DNA from: a virus | Taxonomy: Duplodnaviria; Caudoviricetes | DNA length: 61,298 bases | IMG/VR virus record: IMGVR_UViG_3300049794_000017 | Location: 1-61,298 of that record | Strand: one strand, 5' to 3' | Shown: in pieces, positions 8,651-16,761 of the stretch | Position numbering within the stretch: the first letter of the stretch is position 1 | Layout: every line of letters begins with the position of its first letter | Program-made: the position numbers and the translations under genes | The notes under the pieces: model-generated | What the model saw: only the letters and a program-made list of their open reading frames with translations | Databases searched by the model: none | Told to the model about the DNA's origin: nothing

Positions 8651-9277
8651 ATGCCTAAGACCGATGCTAGTGGCCAGACTCCCACTGTTCACCTACGCAG
8701 GCTGGAGTCCGTCGAACTAGCCGTTGATCTCGTGGGGACAACCCCGCTGATCCCGCACCGCTGGTCGCAAAAGGCGATCGCCATGATGCAGGTCAAGCAG
8801 TCCCAGCCGGGGGTACGGGCCAAGCGAGAAGCCAAGGACCCTGAGCAGGAGGCGTATGACTCCTGCTACTGGCTGAAGGATGAGGCCGGGGAGGACGTGC
8901 CGGCGATGCCGGCCACCGCGTTCAAAGCCGCGATGGTCGGCGCCTGCCGCTTCTTCGAGGGGCTCACGATGACTGCCGCCAAGCAGATCTTCTACGTGGT
9001 CGGTGAGGGCCCCGATCAGCTCGTGCGGATCTCCGGTGACATGACGATGCGCACTGATACTCCGCGCAACGCCACCGGGGTGGCCGACCTGCGGTACCGC
9101 AACGCGTTCTTCCCGTGGTCGACGACGCTGACGGTGCGGTTCCTACCCGGAATCCTCACCCCTGACAGCGTTATCGCCCTACTCGACGCCGCGGGCCGCG
9201 GAGGGGTCGGTGACTGGCGGCCCAGTGCGCCGCGGTCCGCCACCGGCACCTATGGGCAGTGGACGGTGCCGGGGTGA
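8651..9277 (+). CDS. Stand-alone RAMP/Cas7-like protein (Vipr-like candidate RNA-guided effector)
   Basis: GAGGAGG RBS; RAMP-like motifs LVGTTPLI (beta1), PAMPATAFKAAM (cf. PxIPGSSLKG), C-terminal Gly loop GGVGDWRP...GTYG; upstream of the GGYNN array. Confidence 0.75.
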   Translation: MPKTDASGQTPTVHLRRLESVELAVDLVGTTPLIPHRWSQKAIAMMQVKQSQPGVRAKREAKDPEQEAYDSCYWLKDEAGEDVPAMPATAFKAAMVGACRFFEGLTMTAAKQIFYVVGEGPDQLVRISGDMTMRTDTPRNATGVADLRYRNAFFPWSTTLTVRFLPGILTPDSVIALLDAAGRGGVGDWRPSAPRSATGTYGQWTVPG

Positions 9278-9960
9278 CACTCAAGACGCTGCCGCTGGCC
9301 GACCTCGTGGAGGACTACGACGTCTACCCCCGCCACGCCCTGGATACCGGGCATGTGCGGAAACTTGAGGAGGCGCTGCGATCCGGCAACGCACTTCCGC
9401 CCATCGTCGTGGCACGCAAGGGGAACCGGATCGTCGACGGCTTCCACCGCAAACGCGCCTACATCAAGGTCCTCGGTCCCACCGGGCAGGTGGAGGTCGA
9501 CGTACGCGGCTATGCATCCGAGGTCGAGCTGGTGCGCGACGCCATCACGATGAACGCGGCGCACGGGCGCGGACTCGACGAGCAGGACCGCACCAAGGGC
9601 GCGTTGATGCTACGACGTCTGGGGGTGGAGACCGCTGATATCGCGGTGGTCCTACACACCACCCCGGAACGTATCGACAAGATCCTGGTCCGGGTGGTGG
9701 AAGTCCGCGACGAATACGGGACCCACGTTGAGCCGGCCAAGCCGGTGGTCCGCCGGTTCGGGACGCCCCGCACGTTGAGTCCGCAGCAGCAGCAGGTGCA
9801 CCGCTCGTCGTCGGGATGGCGCCCGGCGCAGACGGTGACGCAGTTGACCCGGGAGATCGAGTCGGGGGTGCTCGACGTGACAGCGGAGGGCATGCGGGAG
9901 CGGTTGTGGCGGCTGGCTGAGGTCATCACCGCGACTGTTGGGACGCGACCGGGAACCTAG
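9274..9960 (+). CDS. ParB/Srx N-terminal domain protein with HTH
   Basis: GTG overlaps the TGA of the RAMP-like gene; YPRHALD...LPPIVV...IVDGFHRKRA; NAAHGRGL; HTH-like ETADIAVVLHTTPERIDKIL. Confidence 0.8.
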   Translation: MTLKTLPLADLVEDYDVYPRHALDTGHVRKLEEALRSGNALPPIVVARKGNRIVDGFHRKRAYIKVLGPTGQVEVDVRGYASEVELVRDAITMNAAHGRGLDEQDRTKGALMLRRLGVETADIAVVLHTTPERIDKILVRVVEVRDEYGTHVEPAKPVVRRFGTPRTLSPQQQQVHRSSSGWRPAQTVTQLTREIESGVLDVTAEGMRERLWRLAEVITATVGTRPGT

Positions 9961-9965
9961 GCTGC

Positions 9966-10318
9966 GGCGCGGCAGGCGTGGCGGGGCTGGGCGCGGCTTG
10001 GCAGGGCAGGGCGTGGCAGGTTTGGCGCGGCAGGGCTCGGCAGGCAGGGCATGGCTTGGCAGGGCATGGCGCGGCTCGGCTCGGCGAGGCAGGCGTGGAC
10101 CGGCGGGGTTCGGCGTGGCGTGGCTGGGCCCGGCGAGGCCGGGACTGGCGTGGCAGGCTCGGCGCGGCCTGGCATGGCAAGGCTGGGCGGGGCGCGGCTT
10201 GGCGGGCATGGCCCGGTGTGGACTGGCGTGGTTGGGCGCGGCACGGCAGGCGTGGTTGGGCGCGGCGTGGCAAGGCATGGCGCGGCGTGGCGCGGCGTGG
10301 CAAGGCAAGGCAAGGCGG
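9966..10318 (+). ncRNA. GGYNN pentamer array (candidate guide-RNA locus)
   Basis: Parses exactly into 65 GGnNN pentamers (57 GGC, 5 GGT, 3 GGA) plus seven 4-mers (GGCA x6, GGCG x1); starts 5 nt after the ParB stop. Confidence 0.8.
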
Positions 10319-10320
10319 GA

Positions 10321-10362
10321 GATGAGACCGGGGGGGAAGATGAGAACCTCCCGGTCTTCATC
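10321..10362. terminator. Hairpin closing the array, between convergent units
   Basis: GATGAGACCGGGGG ... CTCCCGGTCTTCATC. Confidence 0.65.
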
Positions 10363-10720
10363 GGCGAAGTATCCGCACGATCTCCTCGGTGCTCAATCCT
10401 GAGTCGATCAAGTCGCTGATCTGACGCACCCGCTGCGCTCTCGCCGGAGTGCGGACCGTGACCCGGCCACCACCGGCAAGCTCCACACCGGGCTCGGTAC
10501 TGTGCCCGGCCCTGGTCGTAGTCACGATCTTCTGACATTGCCCCGACTGGTACATCGCGACGATGCTGGGCCAGGACCGCTCCCCGACGCCCAGCGCCAG
10601 CACCCGGTAGCCACGCTGATCGCAATGCAACAACGTCCGACTCATCTCCAGCCGCAGATCGTGTCCGGGTATGAAGATCGCCGCTGGTGTTGCCCCCCCG
10701 GGCCGTTGATGATCCGTCAT
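10358..10720 (-). CDS. Hypothetical protein (weak resolvase-N-like fold)
   Basis: HCDQRGYRVL...SIVAMYQSG...KIV pattern; C-terminal helical DSGLSTEEIVR. Confidence 0.55.
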   Translation of the reverse strand: MTDHQRPGGATPAAIFIPGHDLRLEMSRTLLHCDQRGYRVLALGVGERSWPSIVAMYQSGQCQKIVTTTRAGHSTEPGVELAGGGRVTVRTPARAQRVRQISDLIDSGLSTEEIVRILRR

Positions 10721-10886
10721 CTCCGCACTGTAAGCACGCGGTCGCGTGGTGTCACCGGGCTCGGGAGCACGGCACCTGACGCGATATGGGGGTTCACCCC
10801 TACTGACCACTACCGGTCAGCGTTACCCTCCGGGGAATAAAACACCCGCCCCATGGGTAACACTTGCTGGAGGAGGAGCGATAGAC

Positions 10887-11273
10887 ATGACGAGCACGCC
10901 AATCTCTGCCCACGGCAAGGACGGCCTCGTAACGTTCGACGGGCAAACCCTGACCATCACCCGCAAACACCTGCGGGATCTGCTCGTCGGGATCCTGCGC
11001 AGCAGCTTCCGCAGCGGGGTGCGGCTGACCATCGAGCAGATCGCCGACGTGCGACTGGGTAAGGGCCGCATGGTGCTGGTCGCGCCCGGCGCGATCCGCC
11101 GCACCGGGAAGCCGGCGCAGGCCGCCGACCTGGACTACCCGCTGACGGTTCGGTTCGGCAAGCCGGCGGCCGCCGAGTTCGCGGCGCTGCGTGACGCGGT
11201 GCTGGCCGCCCGACCCGCGCCCCGCCCGCTGCACACCCCGCCCGCCGGATACCCCGGAGGTCGACCGCTGTGA
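10887..11273 (+). CDS. DUF4429/PH-like domain protein
   Basis: GGAGGAGG RBS; AHGKDGLVTFDGQTLTITRK...LTIEQIADV. Confidence 0.7.
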   Translation: MTSTPISAHGKDGLVTFDGQTLTITRKHLRDLLVGILRSSFRSGVRLTIEQIADVRLGKGRMVLVAPGAIRRTGKPAQAADLDYPLTVRFGKPAAAEFAALRDAVLAARPAPRPLHTPPAGYPGGRPL

Positions 11274-11374
11274 GCGAGACCGTCGAGGTGATCGTCTACG
11301 AAGTGATCCGGCCGGACGGGACGGTGCTGTATCAGCTTGTCGTCCCGAGCGGGAGGCCTGCCCATGCCGCGTAG
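11270..11374 (+). CDS. Small 34-aa protein
   Basis: GTGA-coupled; VSETVEVIVYEVIRPDGTVLYQLVVP...; below the ORF-track cutoff. Confidence 0.5.
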   Translation: MSETVEVIVYEVIRPDGTVLYQLVVPSGRPAHAA

Positions 11375-11594
11375 CGCACCGATCCCGCCCGCCGAATACG
11401 ACGGCGAACACCTGGACACCGACGAGAAGCTGGAGGCCGAGGGCTGGGCCGCAGGCCTAGACGTGTGGGAGCAGGTCGGCAAGGCGTACGGCAACTACCT
11501 CGGTGACGACACCTTGGCCAACGCCCAGCTGTGGTCGCTGCGCCAGGCCATCCGCGCCGAACTGCGCGCCGAACTGCTCGACAAGGGAGCCTGA
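11364..11594 (+). CDS. Hypothetical protein
   Basis: GGAGG RBS; acidic protein. Confidence 0.65.
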   Translation: MPRSAPIPPAEYDGEHLDTDEKLEAEGWAAGLDVWEQVGKAYGNYLGDDTLANAQLWSLRQAIRAELRAELLDKGA

Positions 11595-11604
11595 CCCCCA
11601 GACA

Positions 11605-11648
11605 GTTCGGCCCTCGCACCCGAGGGGGGTGGGTGCGAGGGCCGAACC
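11605..11648. terminator. Bidirectional terminator hairpin
   Basis: GTTCGGCCCTCGCACCC ... GGGTGCGAGGGCCGAAC between convergent genes. Confidence 0.8.
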
Positions 11649-11688
11649 ATGTGACCAGGCGGGCAAACCCAGGTGTCGAATGCCGATC

Positions 11689-12630
11689 TTACAGGCCCTT
11701 GCGACGCTGCCACCCCTTCACCGCGGCCTGCGCGTGCGCGTTGTCGCCGATGTGGTGCTCCCCCAGCCAATGCCTCAGCTCGGCCAGCAGCTGCCGGTCC
11801 GCGTCGTCGGCCACCGGGCCCGGCCCGGGCGGTGCCGGCGGGGTGGGTGTTGGCTGCACCGGGAACGGGCCGGGCTGCCCGTGGGTGATAGTGGTGAACG
11901 CCGCGTTGAGTTGCGCGGTGTCCAGCCCGGGCGGTGACCCGCCGGTGGCGTCGATCCAATCCTGGTCGATGACGACCCACGCCTCCTCCATGTATTTCGC
12001 CCAGAATCCGTACTCCACCAACTGCGTGGACCCCCACGTCACCACCGCCAGCGCGGTGGTATCCCGGTAACCCAGGTCCACGGCGTGCCCGCCGCGGATG
12101 CCGCCGTCGTCGGCGACCACCGCCCACGGCCGCCCGGCGCCGAACTGGTCCTCCGCGCTACCCGGCACGAGCAGCCCGGTGTAGACGTGGCCGAACAGGT
12201 ACAGCGCCGCGGCGACCTGGGACAGGTCCCGCACATCCAGCTCAGCGAACGCGAGGATGCGGTGCCCGCCGATGCCGGTCTTGCGCCAGTAGTCCAGCAC
12301 GTCCTGCATGACGGCGCCGTTGTCGTTGGCGCCGGTCTTCGGGTCGTACCCGGACACCGCGCTGTAGGCGGCCAACACGTCCCCGTCGGTAATCTTCACG
12401 GTGGTGCCGTGGCCGTAGGTGGTGGTGGCCTCGATCATGTGGCCGACAGCGGAAATCGTGCAGTCACCGAGGCGGTCGTTGAGGTACATCGGCCAGTCGC
12501 TCACCCGGGTCAGTTCGTCGACGACGGCGGGGATCGGCGGCAGCATGGTGAGATGCAGTGCCGGGCCCAGCATCAGCCGGGGTCGTTCCTGCGGGCTGTA
12601 GGCCGGTTTCCGGCCGTACTTCAGGGGCAT
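11689..12630 (-). CDS. Papain-fold (C1-like) cysteine peptidase in the lysis cassette
   Basis: NDRLGDCTISAVGH (Cys), GGHAV (His), VTWG. Confidence 0.7.
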   Translation of the reverse strand: MPLKYGRKPAYSPQERPRLMLGPALHLTMLPPIPAVVDELTRVSDWPMYLNDRLGDCTISAVGHMIEATTTYGHGTTVKITDGDVLAAYSAVSGYDPKTGANDNGAVMQDVLDYWRKTGIGGHRILAFAELDVRDLSQVAAALYLFGHVYTGLLVPGSAEDQFGAGRPWAVVADDGGIRGGHAVDLGYRDTTALAVVTWGSTQLVEYGFWAKYMEEAWVVIDQDWIDATGGSPPGLDTAQLNAAFTTITHGQPGPFPVQPTPTPPAPPGPGPVADDADRQLLAELRHWLGEHHIGDNAHAQAAVKGWQRRKGL

Positions 12631-12648
12631 GGTCTCTCCCTTGTGGAC

Positions 12649-12948
12649 TTACTTGTCGCCGCCCAGGGAAACAATTTCCCTGTGTAGAGTGACGATCTCT
12701 TCACGCAGCAGCTCGTTGCTTTCCCGTAGCCGCACAATCTCCATCCGCATGCCCTCAACCTCGACCCGCAGTGTCCCCAGGGCGCCCTCATAGATTTCAC
12801 GAGCCCTGGTGTAGGCACCGGCGTCCACCGCGACGATCGCCGCCTTGGCCTGTTCCCGGTTGGCACGGCTGGCCGACAGGTACGCGGCGACCGCGACCAC
12901 AGCGGTCAGCAGGCCAAGCAGAATCTCGACGACTACTGCGCTGCTCAC
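12649..12948 (-). CDS. Membrane-anchored coiled-coil lysis-cassette protein
   Basis: One N-terminal TM followed by heptad repeats. Confidence 0.7.
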   Translation of the reverse strand: MSSAVVVEILLGLLTAVVAVAAYLSASRANREQAKAAIVAVDAGAYTRAREIYEGALGTLRVEVEGMRMEIVRLRESNELLREEIVTLHREIVSLGGDK

Positions 12949-13367
12949 GGAAGATCCCGCGGAGTCGACGGCTTCGGCAGATTGTTGCCAGACGGTTCGG
13001 GCCACCCTGAGACGAGTAACACCACCAGCGCGAACGCCAGCCAGATCACCACCGAAACCCAGCCGCGGGGCAGTCCCTGTATTAGCCAGATGTCCAAATA
13101 GAGCAGCCCCCAAGCGCCCTTCAGTGTGGCCGCTACCGCGAACTGCAGCCGGTCGGCGCGGGCGAAAACGCCTGACGCGCACACCAGTCCCGCCGCAATC
13201 CAGATAGCCCCCCATGCCTGGTAGGGCAACAGCAGGTCGATGAACCGTTGCGGTGCGGAGGCAACCAGCAGTCCGTACCCGTAGGCCAAGTCAAGGATGG
13301 CGAGGAAGGCCAGGAACGCGCCGCGACGCCCAGCGTGATGCGCTGCCCACCGGATCGCTTTACCCAT
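12945..13367 (-). CDS. Membrane protein (holin-like, 4 TM)
   Basis: Four hydrophobic segments; lysis cassette. Confidence 0.7.
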   Translation of the reverse strand: MGKAIRWAAHHAGRRGAFLAFLAILDLAYGYGLLVASAPQRFIDLLLPYQAWGAIWIAAGLVCASGVFARADRLQFAVAATLKGAWGLLYLDIWLIQGLPRGWVSVVIWLAFALVVLLVSGWPEPSGNNLPKPSTPRDLP

Positions 13368-13469
13368 GGCTGTTGTCACCCGTCCCAGTCGCGCTACCTG
13401 GCGGCGGGGGTCCAGGCCGCAGGTTGTGCCCTGTCCCCGATGATCGCAGACCTGCGGCCCGACAGCCCG

Positions 13470-13859
13470 CTACCTGTACGACGGCACCCCGGCCGCGTTG
13501 GGCACCACGATGCCGTCGATCACCTTCACTGGTGTCGTCTTCGGGATCATCTGTGTGCGGACGAACGTTGCGCCGATCGCGGTCACGATGGTCATGATGA
13601 CCAGCTGCTGTTCGCCGGTCAGGTGCAGACCGAAGGCGATCGCCAACGCGATCACGGCCTTGAACCCGCCGACCACCGCGGCCAGCATGCCCTGGTGCAC
13701 CGAGGCGGCGGTGATAATGCCGAACACCGCGACAGCGACGGCGTTGATGACGCCCTGCCGGTCGGCGCTTAGGTGCCACAGGAACGTGCTGCCGCCCATC
13801 ACGATCGCCGCGATAAGAGCCAACCAAACAGCCGGCTCACGGCCCCATAACTTCGTCAT
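13470..13859 (-). CDS. Holin
   Basis: WGREPAVWLALIAA start, 4 TM, FVRTQMIP end typical of actinophage holins. Confidence 0.75.
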   Translation of the reverse strand: MTKLWGREPAVWLALIAAIVMGGSTFLWHLSADRQGVINAVAVAVFGIITAASVHQGMLAAVVGGFKAVIALAIAFGLHLTGEQQLVIMTIVTAIGATFVRTQMIPKTTPVKVIDGIVVPNAAGVPSYR

Positions 13860-14818
13860 GATCCATACCTCCTGAGGTATTCGATTGCTTGCTGAAGAAC
13901 CGCTGTGTCTTCTCTCGCGTAACCCAGGATCGAGTTGCACCGGTGACACAGGATTCCCCTCGCCGCCCCGGTCGCATGGTTGTGATCGACGTTCGGCGCA
14001 GTAAGCACTTCAGAGCAGATCGCGCATCGTCCGCCCTGTTCCTTGATCCTTTTCTGTACCTGTTCGTATGTGAGCCCGTAGCGGGAGAGGTACTTGCCCC
14101 TGCGCGTTCTCTCCAGCACGTGCGGTTGCGATTGCCGCACGTGCGTGCACGGCTTACACCGGTTCGCGCGGTCGTCAAACCTGGAAGGCCGCCGGTGGAA
14201 CTCTGTGTGGCTCTTGACTACACCGCAGTCGTGGCACCTCTTCTGCCCGGCCGCCCGAAGGCGTTCGCAGTCAATACATGAGCGGTGCGTCAGGAAGTAT
14301 TCGGCCCAGTCGGCCGGGGTCACGTACAGTACGTTGCCGCCCAGGCTGCTCGGGCCGGGCAGGCCGACCTTGCGGTAGATCCAGGCGGCCAGCGACGAAC
14401 ACACCACATGCCCCGGGGCCAGGTCGCCCGGGTCGCGTTCCCGCCACAACGCGTCCAGGCGCAGCGCCGCGGCGGCGTCGCCCAGGATCGCCGTCCAGTC
14501 GTACGCGGTGCCGAGCAGGCCGACCGCGGTTAGGCAGACCTGCTCCCGCTGCTCCGGCGTCTTGTCCTGCGCGGCGTTGCTGCACAGGTACCGGTTGTCG
14601 TAGCGGGCTACCTCCACCCAGCCGACCCCGCCGGGGCGTCCCTCGATGCCCCACAGCACCCCGGCCGGGTCGGTGTGGTGCACGATCGCGACGTGGTCGA
14701 CGAGGTTGTCCTGGCCGTGCAGGGCGGCGCCGAGGCGGATCAGCTGGCTGGCCCACCGGTCCCACCACCGCCCGGGTGGGGTGCGTACGGCGATGACGTC
14801 GCCGGGTTGCAGGTTCAC
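13856..14818 (-). CDS. Permuted NlpC/P60 (YiiX-like) amidase fused to an endonuclease VII-family domain
   Basis: N-term LQPGDVI...DHVAI...GTAYD...VCSSL...VTPADW; C-term YGLT...QGGRCAIC...VDHNHATGAARGILCHRCN. Confidence 0.8.
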   Translation of the reverse strand: MNLQPGDVIAVRTPPGRWWDRWASQLIRLGAALHGQDNLVDHVAIVHHTDPAGVLWGIEGRPGGVGWVEVARYDNRYLCSNAAQDKTPEQREQVCLTAVGLLGTAYDWTAILGDAAAALRLDALWRERDPGDLAPGHVVCSSLAAWIYRKVGLPGPSSLGGNVLYVTPADWAEYFLTHRSCIDCERLRAAGQKRCHDCGVVKSHTEFHRRPSRFDDRANRCKPCTHVRQSQPHVLERTRRGKYLSRYGLTYEQVQKRIKEQGGRCAICSEVLTAPNVDHNHATGAARGILCHRCNSILGYAREDTAVLQQAIEYLRRYGS

Positions 14819-16098
14819 GGCGCAGCGTTGACGCCGGAGAGCAGGACGGCGCGGACGGCCTGTTCGGCGGCGGCCTCGATGACGGGCTTGTCGGCGTCGC
14901 TCAGCGCGTCGTGTGCCGACACCACAGCGGCCGTCACGGCCTGCGTCACGGCGGCCAGCTGGGCATCGGTCAGTGTGAGCGTGCCGAGGCTTTCGATGGC
15001 CGCGATGATGGCCTGCGTGTCGTGGCCCGAGGCGATCCCGGTCAGCGCGGTCGTGAGGCCTGCGAGTGCGCCGGTGGTGGCCTTCATCCAGGCCTCATCG
15101 GAGATACGCCGCACCGTGAAGTAATTCGGTGAGCCGTCCGCGTTCACGGTCATACCGGTGTTCGCGGACTCGATGAGCATGTCGCTGTGGAGGGACACGG
15201 GGTCTCCGATCAGTGCGCGGATGCCGGCGACGCCTTCGCGGTGCGCGTTGGTGTCGCAGGTGGATTGGTTGCCGATGATCAGCGTCGAGCCGTACTGCAG
15301 GATCGCCGCCTGCGGATGCCACCGGCCCGAGGTGTCCCCGGGGTACCCGATCGGGTAGTGCACCGCCGGGTTAGCGCCGTAGTTCGACGACACCAGCGGC
15401 CACCGCAACGCGTCCAGCGCGGTGCCGTACACCCAGGGCGGCGCGTACGCCAGGGACCCCTTGCCGGTGGTGGCTTTGATGTAGTCGTGCGCGGTGTTGA
15501 TTTGCGCGATGCTGGGGGCGGTGTTGTATCCGAACGGTTCGTCGTCGCTCATCAACACGAAATCCGGGTCGTCACGCCACCACGGGCACCACCGGTCCAG
15601 GATGGTGAACCACCAATCGATCTGCCCGGTGATGGATCGGTTGCCCCACAGCACGTGGTAGGCGCCGCGGACCTGCATGGTGGTCCGCATCTGGGCGATG
15701 GCGCCGGGGAAGTACGGGTCGGTGTAGAAGTTCAGGCCGTCACTGGACTTGAACCACGCACCGGCCAGCCCGTCGTCGCGCATCCGCGCGAAGTCCATGG
15801 GGCCGCGGGTGAAGTCGTGGTTGGAGAAGTCCCCGAAGAACCCGGTCAGGGGCCCGACAGCGGTGTACCCGGTGGCGACGTGGCTGCGGTCGAAGGCCGG
15901 CGGGCGGCTGCCGCCCATCGGTTCCCGGCCGCCGGACAACTCCAGCCAGCAAGACGGGCAGTCGAAGGACGTGTCCGACGCGGGATTGGCCACGTCCAAC
16001 CAATCCCGCACCGCGCCCACGGATGCGCCGCACCGGGCGTGGTGGCCGCCGACGAACGTGCCCACGTGCACCAGGTCGCTGGCTTGGATGACTGTCAT
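14815..16098 (-). CDS. Endolysin, GH25 muramidase-like
   Basis: GDFSNHD, FKSSDG, DPYF, GAYH, SDDE (DxE), ILQYGS; ~80-aa Cys-containing N-terminal extension; start uncertain. Confidence 0.8.
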   Translation of the reverse strand: MTVIQASDLVHVGTFVGGHHARCGASVGAVRDWLDVANPASDTSFDCPSCWLELSGGREPMGGSRPPAFDRSHVATGYTAVGPLTGFFGDFSNHDFTRGPMDFARMRDDGLAGAWFKSSDGLNFYTDPYFPGAIAQMRTTMQVRGAYHVLWGNRSITGQIDWWFTILDRWCPWWRDDPDFVLMSDDEPFGYNTAPSIAQINTAHDYIKATTGKGSLAYAPPWVYGTALDALRWPLVSSNYGANPAVHYPIGYPGDTSGRWHPQAAILQYGSTLIIGNQSTCDTNAHREGVAGIRALIGDPVSLHSDMLIESANTGMTVNADGSPNYFTVRRISDEAWMKATTGALAGLTTALTGIASGHDTQAIIAAIESLGTLTLTDAQLAAVTQAVTAAVVSAHDALSDADKPVIEAAAEQAVRAVLLSGVNAAP

Positions 16099-16139
16099 GC
16101 CCGAACCATAAGACCGGGGTGAGAACGCGTCGAGAGGAG

Positions 16140-16757
16140 TCATTGCGCTACGATTCGGTAGGCTTCCCCGGCGTCCGCGCGCAGCGTGTTGCTCGTGCTC
16201 GCCACGCTCCACTGCGCGGTGATGACCACGTCCTGACCGATGGTGGTGTCGATCGTTTGCGGCGAGGCCGGGCCGTCCATGGATGTGCTCGCGTTGTCAG
16301 GCGCCGTGGCGCCAGGGATGCGGCTGGTCATCACGAGAACGCCGCTCATCGCGCCCGTCGCGCCGGTGGTCATGCAGATCAATTTGAAGTCGAGAGTCCA
16401 CGGGCGGAACGTGTTGGCCACGCCGGTAATGCCGATGGTGCCAAAAACAGAGCCCACGATGCCGCCCACCCGGGCCCGCAACGTCAGCGTGGGGGTACCC
16501 ACGATGTCACCCGTACCGAACACGCCCAGTTTGTAGACGCTGCCCTGCTTGGAGCTGCCTCCGGCGATGGTCAGCGTGTGGATGATGACTTCGTCGGTCC
16601 GGTTGGTGACGGTGGTGGTGGCTGTCTTGCTGGTGACGCTGGCGCCCTTCAGGACCGTCACGTCCTGCGCGATCCGGTTGAACCACGCGTCCGCATCCAG
16701 CGGCTGCCCATTGATGACAGTCGGGTAGTCGTTGGGAACGGGAACAGGTTGCGTCAT
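16140..16757 (-). CDS. Minor tail protein
   Basis: Thr/Gly/Val-rich beta protein at the end of the tail module. Confidence 0.65.
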   Translation of the reverse strand: MTQPVPVPNDYPTVINGQPLDADAWFNRIAQDVTVLKGASVTSKTATTTVTNRTDEVIIHTLTIAGGSSKQGSVYKLGVFGTGDIVGTPTLTLRARVGGIVGSVFGTIGITGVANTFRPWTLDFKLICMTTGATGAMSGVLVMTSRIPGATAPDNASTSMDGPASPQTIDTTIGQDVVITAQWSVASTSNTLRADAGEAYRIVAQ

Positions 16758-16761
16758 TGCA

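Noticed and set aside
9966-10318. Canonical CRISPR array or simple microsatellite
   Set aside because: There are no 25-40 bp repeats with spacers, and NN diversity at fixed GGY is too ordered for slippage alone.
9652-10625. Several overlapping ORFs across the pentamer array (AWQG/PCRA-type repeats)
   Set aside because: They are by-products of a stop-poor 5-nt repeat: multiple frames on both strands are open, with no RBS and no codon periodicity.
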